A DNA stretch of 63,839 nucleotides, counting the filler, from Octopus bimaculoides (Eukaryota): assembly GCF_001194135.2 (NCBI RefSeq). It is 6 parts of 5 records of this genome, joined end to end, with 100 filler letters (N's around TTAATTAATTAA, not from the genome) between each part and the next. Parts side by side here need not be neighbours in the genome. Positions count along the whole stretch, not along the records: positions 19,403 to 31,302 come from NC_068996.1; positions 31,403 to 52,588 come from NC_068981.1; 4 more parts are not named here. The stretch is one strand, 5' to 3'. The position numbers and the translations under genes are program-made. Positions 24,080 to 36,900 of the stretch are shown here, one piece after another (the first letter of the stretch is position 1; each line of letters opens with the position of its first letter). The notes under the pieces are model-generated. The model was not told the origin of the DNA. It did no database searches and saw only the letters and a list, made by a program, of their open reading frames with translations.

Positions 24080-24228
24080 TTAGGTACAGGAAAATAATAC
24101 TGACTCAGGCTCTGTTGTTACGTCTGCAGCAATTTCTGGACTGAAATGGTGCTTAGGTGATTGATCACCATCTTTGTCTAGTGGTTTCGCAGGAACTGCA
24201 ATCTGAGGTTCATCTGCCCAGGTCACTA
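24080..24228 (-). CDS. Candidate terminal coding exon of an unidentified host gene (..VTWADEPQIAVPAKPLDKDGDQSPKHHFSPEIAADVTTEPESVLFSCT*)
   Basis: Long T-rich polypyrimidine tract, then tandem acceptor AG|TAG| (exon start 24228 or 24225, both phase 1). Single open frame, complex non-repetitive sequence, TAA at 24082-24080, then AT-rich UTR-like sequence. Product not recognised. Confidence 0.55.
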
Positions 24229-24238
24229 CTATTTGGAA

Positions 24239-24269
<31 letters not shown>

Positions 24270-24659
24270 AAAAAAGAGAGAGAAAGAAAAATAAAAAAAG
24301 AAAAATACAGCATAACTAATTGTTGTTGTTAATTAAACGAATGAAAAACACATAATAATACAGGTTTTCACAGTGAGACATCAATTTTTATCTTTTACTT
24401 GTTTCAGTCATTGGACTGTGTTGAAAGATTTTAGTCCAATTCCAGTACTTACTTATCTTTTAAGTTTGGTACTATTGGTGTCTTTTACCAACCTATTAAA
24501 ATAAATAGCAGTCAAGTACTTGGGTCACAGTAATCAACGTCCTCCTCCTCTCAAACCCATTGACATGTACAATTAATTGACCAAATGAAACCACGGTTCG
24601 AAAATTCCTATTTATCTCGTATAAATTAACACATTAGAAACTTAACACTTTTATGCTAT

Positions 24660-25060
24660 TCTTGTATTCTTTTATTCGTTTCAGTCATTTGACTGTGGCC
24701 ATGCTGGAGCACCGCCTTTAGTCGAGCAAATCGACCCCAGGACTTATTCTTTTGTAAGCCTAGTACTTATTCTATTGGTCTCTTTTTGCCAAACCGCTAG
24801 TGACGGGGACGTAAACACACCAGCATCGGTTGTCAAGTGATGTTGGGGAGACAAACACAGACACACAAACAAATACATATATACACATATACGACGGGCT
24901 TCTTTCAGTTTCCGCCTACCAAATCCACTCACAAGGCTTTGGTCGGCCCGAGGCTATAGTAGAAGACACCTGCCCAAGGTGCCACACAGTGGGACTGAAC
25001 CTGGAACCATGTGGTTGGTAAGCAAGCTACTTACCACACAGCCACTCCTGTGCCTATAAC
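24660..25060 (-). mobile_element. Full-length SINE family B
   Basis: tRNA-like head (TGGCTGTGTGG, GGTTCAGTCC), CORE-like domain, (CA/TA) spacer, 3' domain ...aataagtactaggcttacaaaagaataagtcctggggtcgatttgctcgactaaaggcggtgctccagcatggcc. Confidence 0.9.
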
Positions 25061-26082
25061 AAAATAAACAAAAAAAAAAACTAGACTATTGATACAGAAA
25101 TACATGTCCAAAGTTGTCCTGTTTTCTCCAGACAATCAAATTGCCTTTTTAGCTTAACCATTTAACATTTAAACCAGTGATATCTGGCCAAACTATTCTG
25201 TTTTATGTTCAAACTGGCCATATACAACTTTCACAACTACTCTACAAGGCCCTTCTAAAAATAAACAAAACAATCACATCACTGAAATTTCAAAGCTACA
25301 AGATAATGCATGATTAGTTAATAACAATGTGAATAAATAAGCACTGCATTTGACAAACTAATCTGAATGCTAAAGGATTAATCATTTTGATATCAACCTA
25401 CCTGGAATCGTCCTTGGTTCTATGATACAAACTTACTGTTTTAAAGTGATCTACATTAAAACTTTCAATAAAAATTTCATGTTAATTTATGTCTGAAATA
25501 TCTGCTTAATAATGACAAAATTGTTTTAATAAATTCTTTATTATTTTCAAAATTAACTGAAACAAAAGCAGAATATTTCTGCAGAAATATGGAAGCAAAA
25601 CAATTAACAACATGTCAGTTTTGGGAAGAATTCTTGAGTCTAGAGATTATTACCTCTTCTCATTTGGAATTGGTCACAGCTGCCACAATGGATTTATTAA
25701 TTCCTTTCTTGAAGGGAAGATAATTCCAATAAATCATGCTCTTATCTTATATGGTATTTCATATACCTTTATTCATCATTACTGTCCATATTCATGCTGC
25801 TAGTCACTGAGTAATTTCTCTTAGCTCATCCTCTATTTATACATATCTATATAGAAACACACACATACACATCCAATCATTAACATTTTACTGTCCACTT
25901 TCTCATGCTTGCATGAGCCAGGTAGAATTCATTGGAACAGATTTTCTACACTCTGGTGCTCTTTCTGTCACCAACCCTTACTTCCATGTAAGATAATATT
26001 TCCCTGAGACCAAACATAGTTTTACCACTTGTATGATGACACTCACTTATAACTATGTTATGATGTCCACACACACACAACA

Positions 26083-26235
26083 AGCTTCTTTCAGTTTCTC
26101 TCCACTAAATCTTCTCACAAAGGTTTAGTTGACCCAGGGTCATAGTAGAAGATATTTGCCTGAGGTTTGATACAGTGGGACTGAACCTGAAACCAAGTGG
26201 TTGGCAAGTGAACTTCTTAACCATACCGTAATGCT
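26083..26235 (-). mobile_element. SINE family B, 5' half, CpG-decayed
   Basis: Homology to 24895-25055. Confidence 0.75.
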
Positions 26236-26486
26236 TGCGCCTAAAGTACTCATACACAGGCACAAACAGGTGGCAAGTCCAATAGTTATTTATCTGACCA
26301 CTTTGCATCTATGTCATTCAGTATTTGTGTCTAAGAACACAAAGAAAAAAAAACAAAAACAAAAAAAGGAGATGAAAACTTGGAAGTGGGATGACGAATG
26401 AATGAGGGGTGGGCAATAAAAGGAACAGTGAGGGACGCTAACCAAATCCAGACAGAGCAAAGTAACTGCATTTTCTCAGAACTTAC

Positions 26487-26493
26487 TGGAAGT
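26487..26493 (-). CDS. Candidate 7-nt microexon (ACTTCCA)
   Basis: Minus strand: ctcttcctctcagctctgttttgtgttgtAG|ACTTCCA|GTAAGT. The phase 0-to-1 exit fits the phase-1 entry of the 24228/24225 exon. Speculative. Confidence 0.25.
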
Positions 26494-26709
26494 CTACAAC
26501 ACAAAACAGAGCTGAGAGGAAGAGATATTAAAGATGTCTTACACACTAAATGTATTTTGCTGCTTGTGAGTTTCACATTTGTCAAAGTTAGCAGGTTTGG
26601 GGAGGGTAGATAGATAGAGGATGTTGGGCAAAGAGCAGAATTTCCTTATATGTTCTTCGAAGGATATTTTCTTCCTTTTTTACTAATGGACCATTTTACA
26701 ATTTATCGA

Positions 26710-27200
26710 TCATCATCAAAGTCTGTCTTCCATTCTGGCATGAGTTGGATGCTTTGACAGGTTCTGATAAGCCATCAAGCTCCAAAGTGAGCTTAGGCAT
26801 GGTTTCTACAGCTGGTTCTGCAGTTGGATAACCTTCATAATACTAAGTTCTTTACAGAAAAGCACCCAGTGTAGTGACTGCTTTTTTTTGTTTTTGTTTT
26901 TGTGATGCTGGCAGAAGTAAGATCACTAAGTAACTTGTTGACAAGACCTCTTGACTGAGAAAGGGGGAGACCGTGTGGTACTGATAGGGGGTAGCTTTAA
27001 GTCAGGTGTTGAGAGAGGTAAAAGTAAGAGAGAGGGATAGGAACAGGTGTCTTGTGGCAGAAGAGATACACTGCTACCTCAAGTGGAAAGATAGAAGAGA
27101 AAAGATGATGGTGATGAGGTGTCAGAGCAAACCTTCAAGGTACAAAATGGTGGCTGTAAGGGACAAATAGATCAGAAGGTTGGATGGGGAGAGTGGGTAG
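26710..27200. mobile_element. Old LINE-tail-derived repeat remnant
   Basis: Resembles the reverse complement of a common RTE-type 3' tail (ccattctggcatgagttggatgctttgac...ggtttctacagctgg). Highly diverged. Confidence 0.4.
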
Positions 27201-27508
27201 GTAAATTCACAAAAGTGCGATAGGGGAGTGATAGGCAGATAGAAATGGAGACACCAGCGAACACAATGGATGGTGAACATGGATGGTCACTGATGGTCAA
27301 TGGTAAATGACAGTTTAGAGGGAGGGGAACAAGGTGGAGGAAATAGAAGTGAGTCAGGGAGATGATAGGTGGCAGCACAGATGATATGGAGTGAGGAGTG
27401 TGAGGGGAAAACACAGCAACAGGGTTGAAGTTAGAGGGAAATAAGAGGGAAAATAGGGAAAGAAAAGGAGGAGGAAAAGAGATAGAGAGAAAGAGAGAAA
27501 GATAGAGA

Positions 27509-27540
<32 letters not shown>

Positions 27541-27553
27541 AAGAGATAGAGAA

Positions 27554-27591
<38 letters not shown>

Positions 27592-27786
27592 ATGAAATAA
27601 TGTAATATTTAGTAAAAAAGAAGTGTGGTAGTTCCCACTAATTGAACTTTTTCAATCAGAAAAAATAATTATGTGCTACAATACACATTTCATGAAAAAC
27701 ACAAACACAAACATGTAGATTACAAACTTCAACTTTATCATCATAATCTGTAACTTAGAGTGCAGGAAACTCTTATGTATCCCCAG

Positions 27787-27870
27787 CAGGTTCGGTTATG
27801 TCAGTTGGGTCTTGTATCCTTTCTGACATTGCACACATTGAGTGGTCTTCCACAACCCTCTCATAGTTCA
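27787..27870. CDS. Exon-like island, strand ambiguous
   Basis: Plus: tatgtatccccAG|CAG|...TCA|GTGAGA gives an open 81/84-nt phase 0-0 exon (QVRLCQLGLVSFLTLHTLSGLPQPSHSS). Minus: open frame ..VVEDHSMCAMSERIQDPTDITEPAGDT*. Confidence 0.25.
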
Positions 27871-28328
27871 GTGAGAGAGAGAGATGGAGAGAGAGAGAGA
27901 TGGAGAGAGAGAGAGAGATGGAGAGAGAGAGATAGATGGAGAGAGAGAGATGAAGAGAGAGAGAGATGAAGAGAGAGAGAGAGAGAGAGATGGAGAGAGA
28001 GAGATGGAGAGAGGGAGAGAGAGAGAGAGAGAGATGGAGAATGAGACATACAGACGAAGAGAGATTTGAACAGTGTGTGTGTGTGTGTGAGGGAGAATTT
28101 GGGCAGACAGACGCAGATAGACAAACAGACAGACAAAAAAAAAGAAGTAGGAACAAACCCAATACCTGATTGGAACTTTATCAATCCACTAAAAAAGCAT
28201 TAAGCAAAGTTGACCTCAGCAAGATTTGAACTCAAATAGCAGAGAGGGCCAGGACTAATTCTGCATTCTGACACACTATCAACTCTACCATTTCATCACC
28301 TTATTACAGAGTTGAATGAAATACGACT

Positions 28329-28369
<41 letters not shown>

Positions 28370-28659
28370 GGTACTTGAGTATTGCTAAGACTAGAGGATT
28401 TCACCTGGGTGCTGCTATTCCAGCTGTTAAACCCATTTTGGGATATTTGCCAACAAGATTTCAGCAAGCTGAAGGTAGACTATCAGATGATATTCTACAA
28501 GGAGCTAGCAGCCGGATATGAATGAAAGCAAAAGAAATCCCTTACTTTAAAGAATGTTTGCTTTTTTTGTTAGTTCTTTTTTTGTTTATAGCAATATATC
28601 AACCTGATGTATGTATTTCTCTCTATACACATATACACATAAATGTATATATTTTATAT

Positions 28660-28728
<69 letters not shown>

Positions 28729-29259
28729 TGTGTGTGTAATTTTGTACATATTATCTACCTATCTATTTCCTTCCCTGTGTGTGCATGTGTGATATAAATG
28801 CATGTCTGTGTGGTGTGGGGTGAGTGTTGTGTAGGATTGAGCAGGCACTGAACCTAAATTGAAATTGACAACCAGATAGGTGGTTTATATTTCTGATAAT
28901 GAAGCTTCTCCCTATCTCTGATATGATGTTGCTTGCTAAAGGTGGCGTAGGAGGGAGATAGATAGATGGTTTAAAATGAAACAGTATGAAAACAAAGTAA
29001 AAAGAAAAAGAAATATATAAAAAGAAAAAAAGGTGCAGGGAAAAGGGAAGAAATTTAGAAAAATAAAAACAGAAGTGGGAAGAGAGAAAAATCTCCACTT
29101 CCACCACCACCACCACCATCAAAAGAGTTCAATTTCACATGCATGAAGCTGTGGGAGGAGGCACACAAGGTCAACAATTTTGATGGGATGTTAGTCAATT
29201 ATATCCACCTCAGTGATCAAATGGTAATTTCATTATTGACCTCTCCCACCGTTCTACTA

Positions 29260-31080
29260 AAGGCACAAGGCCTGAAATTTTAGAAGGGGCTTAATCGATT
29301 ACATTGACCAGTACTTATTCTATCAACTCTGAAAGGATGAAAGGCAAAGCTGACCTCAGCTGTATTTGAATTCAGAACATAAAGAGCCATAAGATACGTG
29401 ACATGTTTTGTTCAATGCGCAAATGATTCTGTGAGCTTGCCCCTTAGTGATAATAATAATGTAATGATGGTCACCCCATCAATTTCGGTGTATGAGCGTT
29501 TAAAGGAAAGGATTAAAATTATAGAAAAATAAAGGGGATTAAAAAACAAGAAACTGTATCTATTTAATGTATGTTGAGCCCAGGTATGGATTTTGTCAAA
29601 ATGGAGACATAGATGAATTCGATTCTGCCTGGGATTGGGCAAATGTGATTATGGATTGCAGGATAATTCTTTTATTGTCTTGTTTCTTCAACTCAAATTG
29701 TTTATAATCATTATCATCATTAATAATAATAATAATGTTTCAAATTTTGCCCACTAAGGAAGCCATTTTGGCAGAAGGGGATAAGTTAAATACATCGAGC
29801 CCAGTGTTTCACGGGTAATTAATTTACTGACCCCTAAAGGATGAAAGGCAAAATCAACCTTGGCAGAATTTGAACTCAGAACGTAGCAACAGGCGAAATA
29901 CTACTAAGCATTTTATCCATTGTGCCAACAGTTCTGTCAGCTTGCCGCCTTGATAATAATAATAATAATCTTAACTGGCTGGAAGTGTCATCCTGTACAT
30001 TGTTTTGTCTTGGTATAAAAGATGGGCTACAGCAAATATTCTGCTCAATACCACAGATTTGCTTGTCAGTTGTTTGACCTTAACCAGTTAAGCATGTCCC
30101 TTGGTGACTGACGATATGTGCATCTCTGATCATGAGTAGAAGTAGTGGTGGAGCATCATAGCCATGTGTTGAGAGGAGTTCTTTGGAGTTTGAATAATTC
30201 ACCTTTGGAAACGTGGGTGTTTTGCTCAACATCCTTAAACAAACCTTATCCTTTTGAGTGGGATGGGCTACTTGACCTGAAGAAATTCTAACAGGGCCCC
30301 ACCTGCAAGGTCATGCGCTGTTTATCTTTATATGAGATCACCATGTCGCACACATATGGTTGTGATGCATGTACCTGGTGTACCCTTATCAGACGGGTAG
30401 TCATGATGGGTATATTGGGCTTTGTATATTTTACCCCAGTGTCACTTTGATGGCATGTGCTGCTCTCTCACTCAATTATAATAACGGTTTCAAATTTTGC
30501 CACAAGGGCAGCCATTTTGGGTGAGGGAATGAGTCAGTTACATCGACCCCAGTGTTTCACTGGTAGTTAATTTATTGACCCTGAAAGGATGAAAGGCAAA
30601 GTTGACCTCGGCAGAATTTGAACTCAGATCGTAGCAACAGATGAAATACAATTAAGCATTTCACCCAACATACTAATAATAATAATAATAATTCTTTCTA
30701 CTATAGACACAAGGGCTGAAATTTTAGAGAAGGGTTTAGTCAATGACACTGACCTCAGTACTTAACTGGTACTTATTTTATTGACTCTGTAATGATGAAG
30801 GGCAAAGTCAACCTGGGTGGAATTTGAGCTCAGAACTTAAAGAGTTGGAAGCCGCTGGATCAAAGCGAGTAAATTTGAATGGGATGCGGTTAGTTGATAC
30901 CATTGACTCCAGCAGTTGACTGGTATTTTATTTTGTCAACTCTAAGTTAACCTTAGTGGCATTTGAACTCAGAATGTAAAGAGCCAGAAGAAATGCCACA
31001 AAGCATTGTGTCCTACATGCTTATGATTCTGCCAGCTTGCTGCCTGCCTTTAAATAATAATAATCATGATAATAATAATC

Positions 31081-31124
<44 letters not shown>

Positions 31125-32430
31125 CTTAATAATTCCTCCAAATTTTTGACTCAAATATAGCAATTTCAAAGGGTGAGAAAAGTCAATTACATCAACCCCT
31201 TTGCTCAACTAGTATTTATTTTATTTATGCCAAAATGATAAAAGACAATGTTGAATTCAGCAGAATTTGAACTCAAATTGTAAAGGGCTGGAAGAAATAC
31301 TGNNNNNNNNNNNNNNNNNNNNNNNNNNNNNNNNNNNNNNNNNNNNTTAATTAATTAANNNNNNNNNNNNNNNNNNNNNNNNNNNNNNNNNNNNNNNNNN
31401 NNTCTTGCCCGCTTACGTTTTGGTATGCTGCTATCGATATTAATTAATATATGATTAATTACCATATTTTATAATAATGTAGTACCCAATACCGATTTCT
31501 CATACTGAATATATACGACGCAGTAAATATTTTATATATATATATATGTACATATATATACATATACATCCTCCTATCACACACCTACACCCGCACATAG
31601 ACAAACATATGCATATCCGTATACACATATACACACACGCATACACACACACACACNNNNNNNNNNGAGAGAGACTTTTTAAAATTAAGACATATTGAAA
31701 CCTTTTTTAAGACGTGGAATGATGGCTCATCTAGAAAGGTTACTCGATCCCCGCTACATGTCTAAATGCAAGAACTGAACTATGTGGATCCTGACCACAG
31801 GTGATAAAATACCTTTTACAGTTTTGGGCCCTCCATGTTGGGCCCTCAATGTTACTGCACAAGCTTTCCATATGTCTTCAATTTTTTTAATTTTATTATA
31901 TATATATATATTCATTTCATTAGCCACAAAGGGACAAGCACCACTGCTTAAGTTCAAGAACAGCAGCAGAAGCAAACATAAGTTTCAGATTTATGCACGA
32001 ATCTTGTACATTCAGGAAACAGTAAGTCGATTGCATCTACCTCAAGGCTCAAGAGGTACTTATTTTATGGACCTGGGAAGGATTAACTGCAAGGTCAATC
32101 TAGGCGGGATTTGAACTCAGAATGTAAAAATGGGCGAAATGCAGCTAAGCATTTTGTCCAGCGTGCTAACAATTCTGCCAGCACTCCGCTTTAACACAAA
32201 GGAATATAATATTGGATTCGAATGTTGACACAAGGCTAGTAATGTCCAGGTTGGTGGGTACATCGCTTACAATCACCCCAGTGCTTAACTGGTACTTATT
32301 TTGTCGAACCTGAAATGGATAAAAGGCAAAGACGACCTCAGCGGAATTTGATCGCAAAAAAGTAAAAAAAAAACAGACGAAATGCCGCTCAGCATTTTGG
32401 CCGACGCGCTAATGATTCTGCCAGCTCGCC
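29260..32430 (-). mobile_element. Array of about 8 co-oriented SINE family A copies separated by (TAA)n tracts
   Basis: Copies at ~29270-29445, 29745-29950, 30487-30670, 30700-30840, 30870-31050, 31140-31300, 32010-32190 and 32240-32430, all with ..gaatttgaactcagaa.. on the plus strand. Confidence 0.85.
29972..30480 (+). mobile_element. Uncharacterised non-coding interspersed repeat with (TAA)n tail ('repeat X')
   Basis: Flanked by (TAA)n on both sides. Partial reverse-complement copies at ~33905-34075 (3' part) and ~41040-41335 (5' part). No ORF and no clear tRNA head seen. Confidence 0.75.
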
Positions 32431-33339
32431 ACTTTGAAGCAGAAACAAATGTTAAACACACACAAAGCAAAACGCGACTGAGGAAACAAGAATAACAACA
32501 TCGAAGCAATCGCAGTTATATTTTAAAGGCTTTTAGTAATTTCGTAATATCATATGATATTTTATACTCTACACTGTTACCATGCTCTTTTCGCAATAAA
32601 TTAAGATGAATTAGAGAAAGTCGCTCTATTACGTATCCCGTTCCACTTACAATTTGAAAGAATGTCACTGTAGGGATACATTATGCAAATGCAAGAAGGA
32701 AATTTATCTGATCAGATTAATATTTCCACTTTATTCTGTCAAGGTGAAAGGAGCTTCTATAATTTTCACTGTAAGTGAATCTATTTTACTAATTGGCTTT
32801 CGTTCAACCTGGAATTAGTTATCCTGTATTCTTATATTTTTATGTTCAGTATAATCTGCTGCTGTTGCAACACATTCTTTAGAAAGGATCTTCAAACGGA
32901 TATTTGGAGTTAGAATGTTTCGACGATATCAATTACACCTTATCTACTACCTCCTACCACTAGGAAGTACTACAATATATATTGATGAATTATATTTATT
33001 GGCATGATTACCAATGTTATATAAAAAGCGCTATAAAGGCTCAAACGTTAATGCATCGGATTTAATGCTTACATTTATAGTCTTTCACCGTTTTACAATT
33101 GCGTCGTTATCGACATTGCATAACTCATAGCAAGAGATATAGTAAACAACAGGTATTTTTCCTGACAGGGTGTAGAACCCATCGACTAAACAAATCCCTA
33201 TAGAAAGAATGTATATAAAAATGTTAGACTAGTATTGAAGTCGATGTAATCAACTCAGAACTTCACACAACGCAACAATTGTACAGCTTTTGCATATATT
33301 AGAAGCGAAACCGCTACTAATACTATTACCACCACCATC

Positions 33340-33900
33340 TTGTATTACCATTTTGTCTATCAATAGTTGATCTTTGGTACCTCTGTATCTTCTTGTACAA
33401 ACGTTTTGTTCTGGCGGTGATATATCGTTCTCATCAAGATATTTTCACAGTTCTTCTGCAATTCTTCCTGACAGTAACTTCACATTAACGGGGGTGGGGG
33501 AAGGATATTGGTCTATAATTGTCAGCAACATTTCCCTTTGATGCCTCCCTCAGGCACAACACCGTTCGTCTTTTTGTGAACCAACTCGGAATTATATGTT
33601 CTCCATTGAACAATGCATTAAATTGTTCTACGATCAATGTATGGCATCTACTGAACGTTTTTATCGAAAATCCCTGTACACCATCAAGGTCCTGCTGCTT
33701 TCCAATTGCTTATCTTTTTACTCATATTTCTGATATTGTTTTCTGTGAATTGGATAGTCTCTTGCTAGGGATAAGAAGCTGTTTGTTTCAGGCTGCAAAG
33801 CCATTCAGTTGTTGTATTATGTTGTTCTTGCTTACTCTATATCTTACTCCGCAAAAGTCAACTTTCATCAGCATCAGGGAATTATTAGTATTATCTTTAT
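33340..33900 (-). pseudogene. R4/Dong-clade non-LTR retrotransposon RT fragment
   Basis: Minus strand: GNVADNYRPIS and KLLSGRIAEEL*KYLDENDISPPEQ..RRYRGTKDQLLIDKMVI. Confidence 0.85.
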
Positions 33901-36900
33901 TGAGTGAGAGAGCAGTTCATGTCATCAATGAGTTACTGGGGTAAAACATACGAAGCTCAGTATACCCTTCATGACTACCCGTTTGAAAAGGGTACACCAG
34001 GCACATACCCCACAACCATATGTACACGACATGTCATCTCATATCAAGAAAAACAGCGCATGCACTTGCAGTTAGGAACCAGTTAGAATTTTCTGCAAGT
34101 CGAGTAGCACTTTCCGCTCAAAAGATTCCTGAATAAGGTTTATTTAATGATGTTGAACGAAATACCCATTTTTCCAAAGTTTATAAACTCTTTAAAAAAA
34201 TCTACTCTTATTATTTCTCTGACTTTTAAATCCACCATTAAGATTTCTCACTGCCGTCGATGTATCTTACAACTTCTAATTGTTAATTCAACATTTTAAT
34301 CTTAAATTTAACATGAATTTTAATCGATCTATCACTCTTTATTTATTTATCCTTTGCACGTATATTTTATCTCATGTATATCTTATTTCTATTCTAAATA
34401 AAATGTCGATATGTTCCTTCTCTTGCTGTATGTATTGTGCTGTATGTATGTATTATGTTCATGTAAATTATAACTATAGGACCATTGTCTAACTTGTGTC
34501 TCTTCTTAAACCAATTAATATAAATATATAAATATACATACATACATACGTATATATATTANNNNNNNNNNNNNNNNNNNNNNNNNNNNNNNNNNNNNNN
34601 NNNNNNNNNNNNNNNNNNNNNNNNNNNNNNNNNNNNNNNNNNNNNNNNNNNNNNNNNNNNNNNNNNNNNNNNNNNNNNNNNNNNNNNNNNNNNNNNNNNN
34701 NNNNNNNNNNNNNNNNNNNNNNNNNNNNNNNNNNNNNNNNNNNNNNNNNNNNNNNNNNNNNNNNNNNNNNNNNNNNNNNNNNNNNNNNNNNNNNNNNNNN
34801 NNNNNNNNNNNNNNNNNNNNNNNNNNNNNNNNNNNNNNNNNNNNNNNNNNNNNNNNNNNNNNNNNNNNNNNNNNNNNNNNNNNNNNNNNNNNNNNNNNNN
34901 NNNNNNNNNNNNNNNNNNNNNNNNNNNNNNNNNNNNNNNNNNNNNNNNNNNNNNNNNNNNNNNNNNNNNNNNNNNNNNNNNNNNNNNNNNNNNNNNNNNN
35001 NNNNNNNNNNNNNNNNNNNNNNNNNNNNNNNNNNNNNNNNNNNNNNNNNNNNNNNNNNNNNNNNNNNNNNNNNNNNNNNNNNNNNNNNNNNNNNNNNNNN
35101 NNNNNNNNNNNNNNNNNNNNNNNNNNNNNNNNNATATATATATATATACATATATATACGTGTCTATACATGTGTACACATAGATGCACATACGTGTCTG
35201 TACATGTGTACATATAAATGCTCACATGTATATATATATATATATATATGCACTTATACACGCATATATATATTATTCATCTGTGTGTGTATGTATAACT
35301 ATATCAATCTCTCTCACAGTGTGTGAATGTGTAGACATATACATTTGTTTAATCTTTTGTTGCATATAATACGTGAATATTATTAAAAAGTTTGTGAAGC
35401 GCATGTAAGAAAATCTCCAATTCAGTTGTTTTTATTGTTTTCATTCAATATAATACGGTGCAGAATATGTTATTACTAAACTTCATTTGAATTGAAAGAA
35501 AATATTTCAAATTATATTTAGTCAAAAAACACGCGAAAAAGTATAGACGAATGTGATAGTATTTATTTTGGAGTTATCAAAATAAAAGGAAAATTCTAGT
35601 AAGCATTAACTTTTTCTTATAAAACTCCATTCAACACGTTATTATTTACTTCACAAATACAGCTAAGACACAAATATTAATTAATGATATGAAACAAATA
35701 ACAACAAAGAAAACCGGTTTTAATGCAAACATGAAATGCGTATGGGAAACAAAAGCATTATCGATTTGGGATAAATCGAATTTCTTCCAGAAAAGTATTT
35801 ATCTAGAATAGAAGCAAAAGAAAACAGCCTTTAAATTTCGCAATAGGCGGCAAAGCTTTTAACATTTCAGTTGTGTTCTTGTGTTCATTGTAAATTAAGT
35901 TTCAATATAGAAAATATTACTCATGATACAAATATGAACATGGTTTAGAAAAAACTGATCACGCACAGACGTGTACGCACACACACAGGTACAAACACAC
36001 GCACGCTAACACACATATATACGTATACATACATATATTGATTAAACTAACCTGGTACCTTCTTTCGAGTAATGTATATTATATATGTATATGTGTGTGT
36101 GTGTGTGTGTGTGTACATGTGTGTGTATGTACATGTGTGTGTATGTATNNNNNNNNNNNNNNNNNNNNNNNNNNNNNNNNNNNNNNNNNNNNNNNNNNNN
36201 NNNNNNNNNNNNNNNNNNNNNNNNNNNNNNNNNNNNNNNNNNNNNNNNNNNNNNNNNNNNNNNNNNNNNNNNNNNNNNNNNNNNNNNNNNNNNNNNNNNN
36301 NNNNNNNNNNNNNNNNNNNNNNNNNNNNNNNNNNNNNNNNNNNNNNNNNNNNNNNNNNNNNNNNNNNNNNNNNNNNNNNNNNNNNNNNNNNNNNNNNNNN
36401 NNNNNNNNNNNNNNNNNNNNNNNNNNNNNNNNNNNNNNNNNNNNNNNNNNNNNNNNNNNNNNNNNNNNNATATATATATATATATATATATATACGGAGA
36501 AAGAGAGAGACAGAGAGCGAGAGAGAGAGACAAAGAGGTGGGGGGAAAAGTAGTTAGAATTTTGAATAATTATTTATTTAGCGTTTTCATCTCGTTTCAA
36601 AGATTCATCATGAATGTTTTGTTTTTTTTTGCAGAAAATTTATGCCTTTTATATGTATGTTATCTAAAAACGCTGGAGTTGAATTGTTGAGAGGATGTCC
36701 CTTGTTATGTTTGTGTATATGTGTTTGTGTGTAAATTTATGTACGAATTTATGTATGCGTTTGTGAATTCTTGTAAGAAGAAAAAAAGGAAGAAAGGAAG
36801 AACGAAACAAGGCAGAGAAAGAAAGAAAGACTGAGAACAGAAAGATGAGAAGAAAGAAAATGAAAGAAAGAGAGAATGGTGTGTTTTTCTGAATGGTTGA

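Noticed and set aside
28763-29122. 119-aa minus ORF with a unique core (IIRNINHLSGCQFQFRFSAC)
   Set aside because: The N-half is low complexity, the donor is weak, and the phase does not fit neighbouring candidates.
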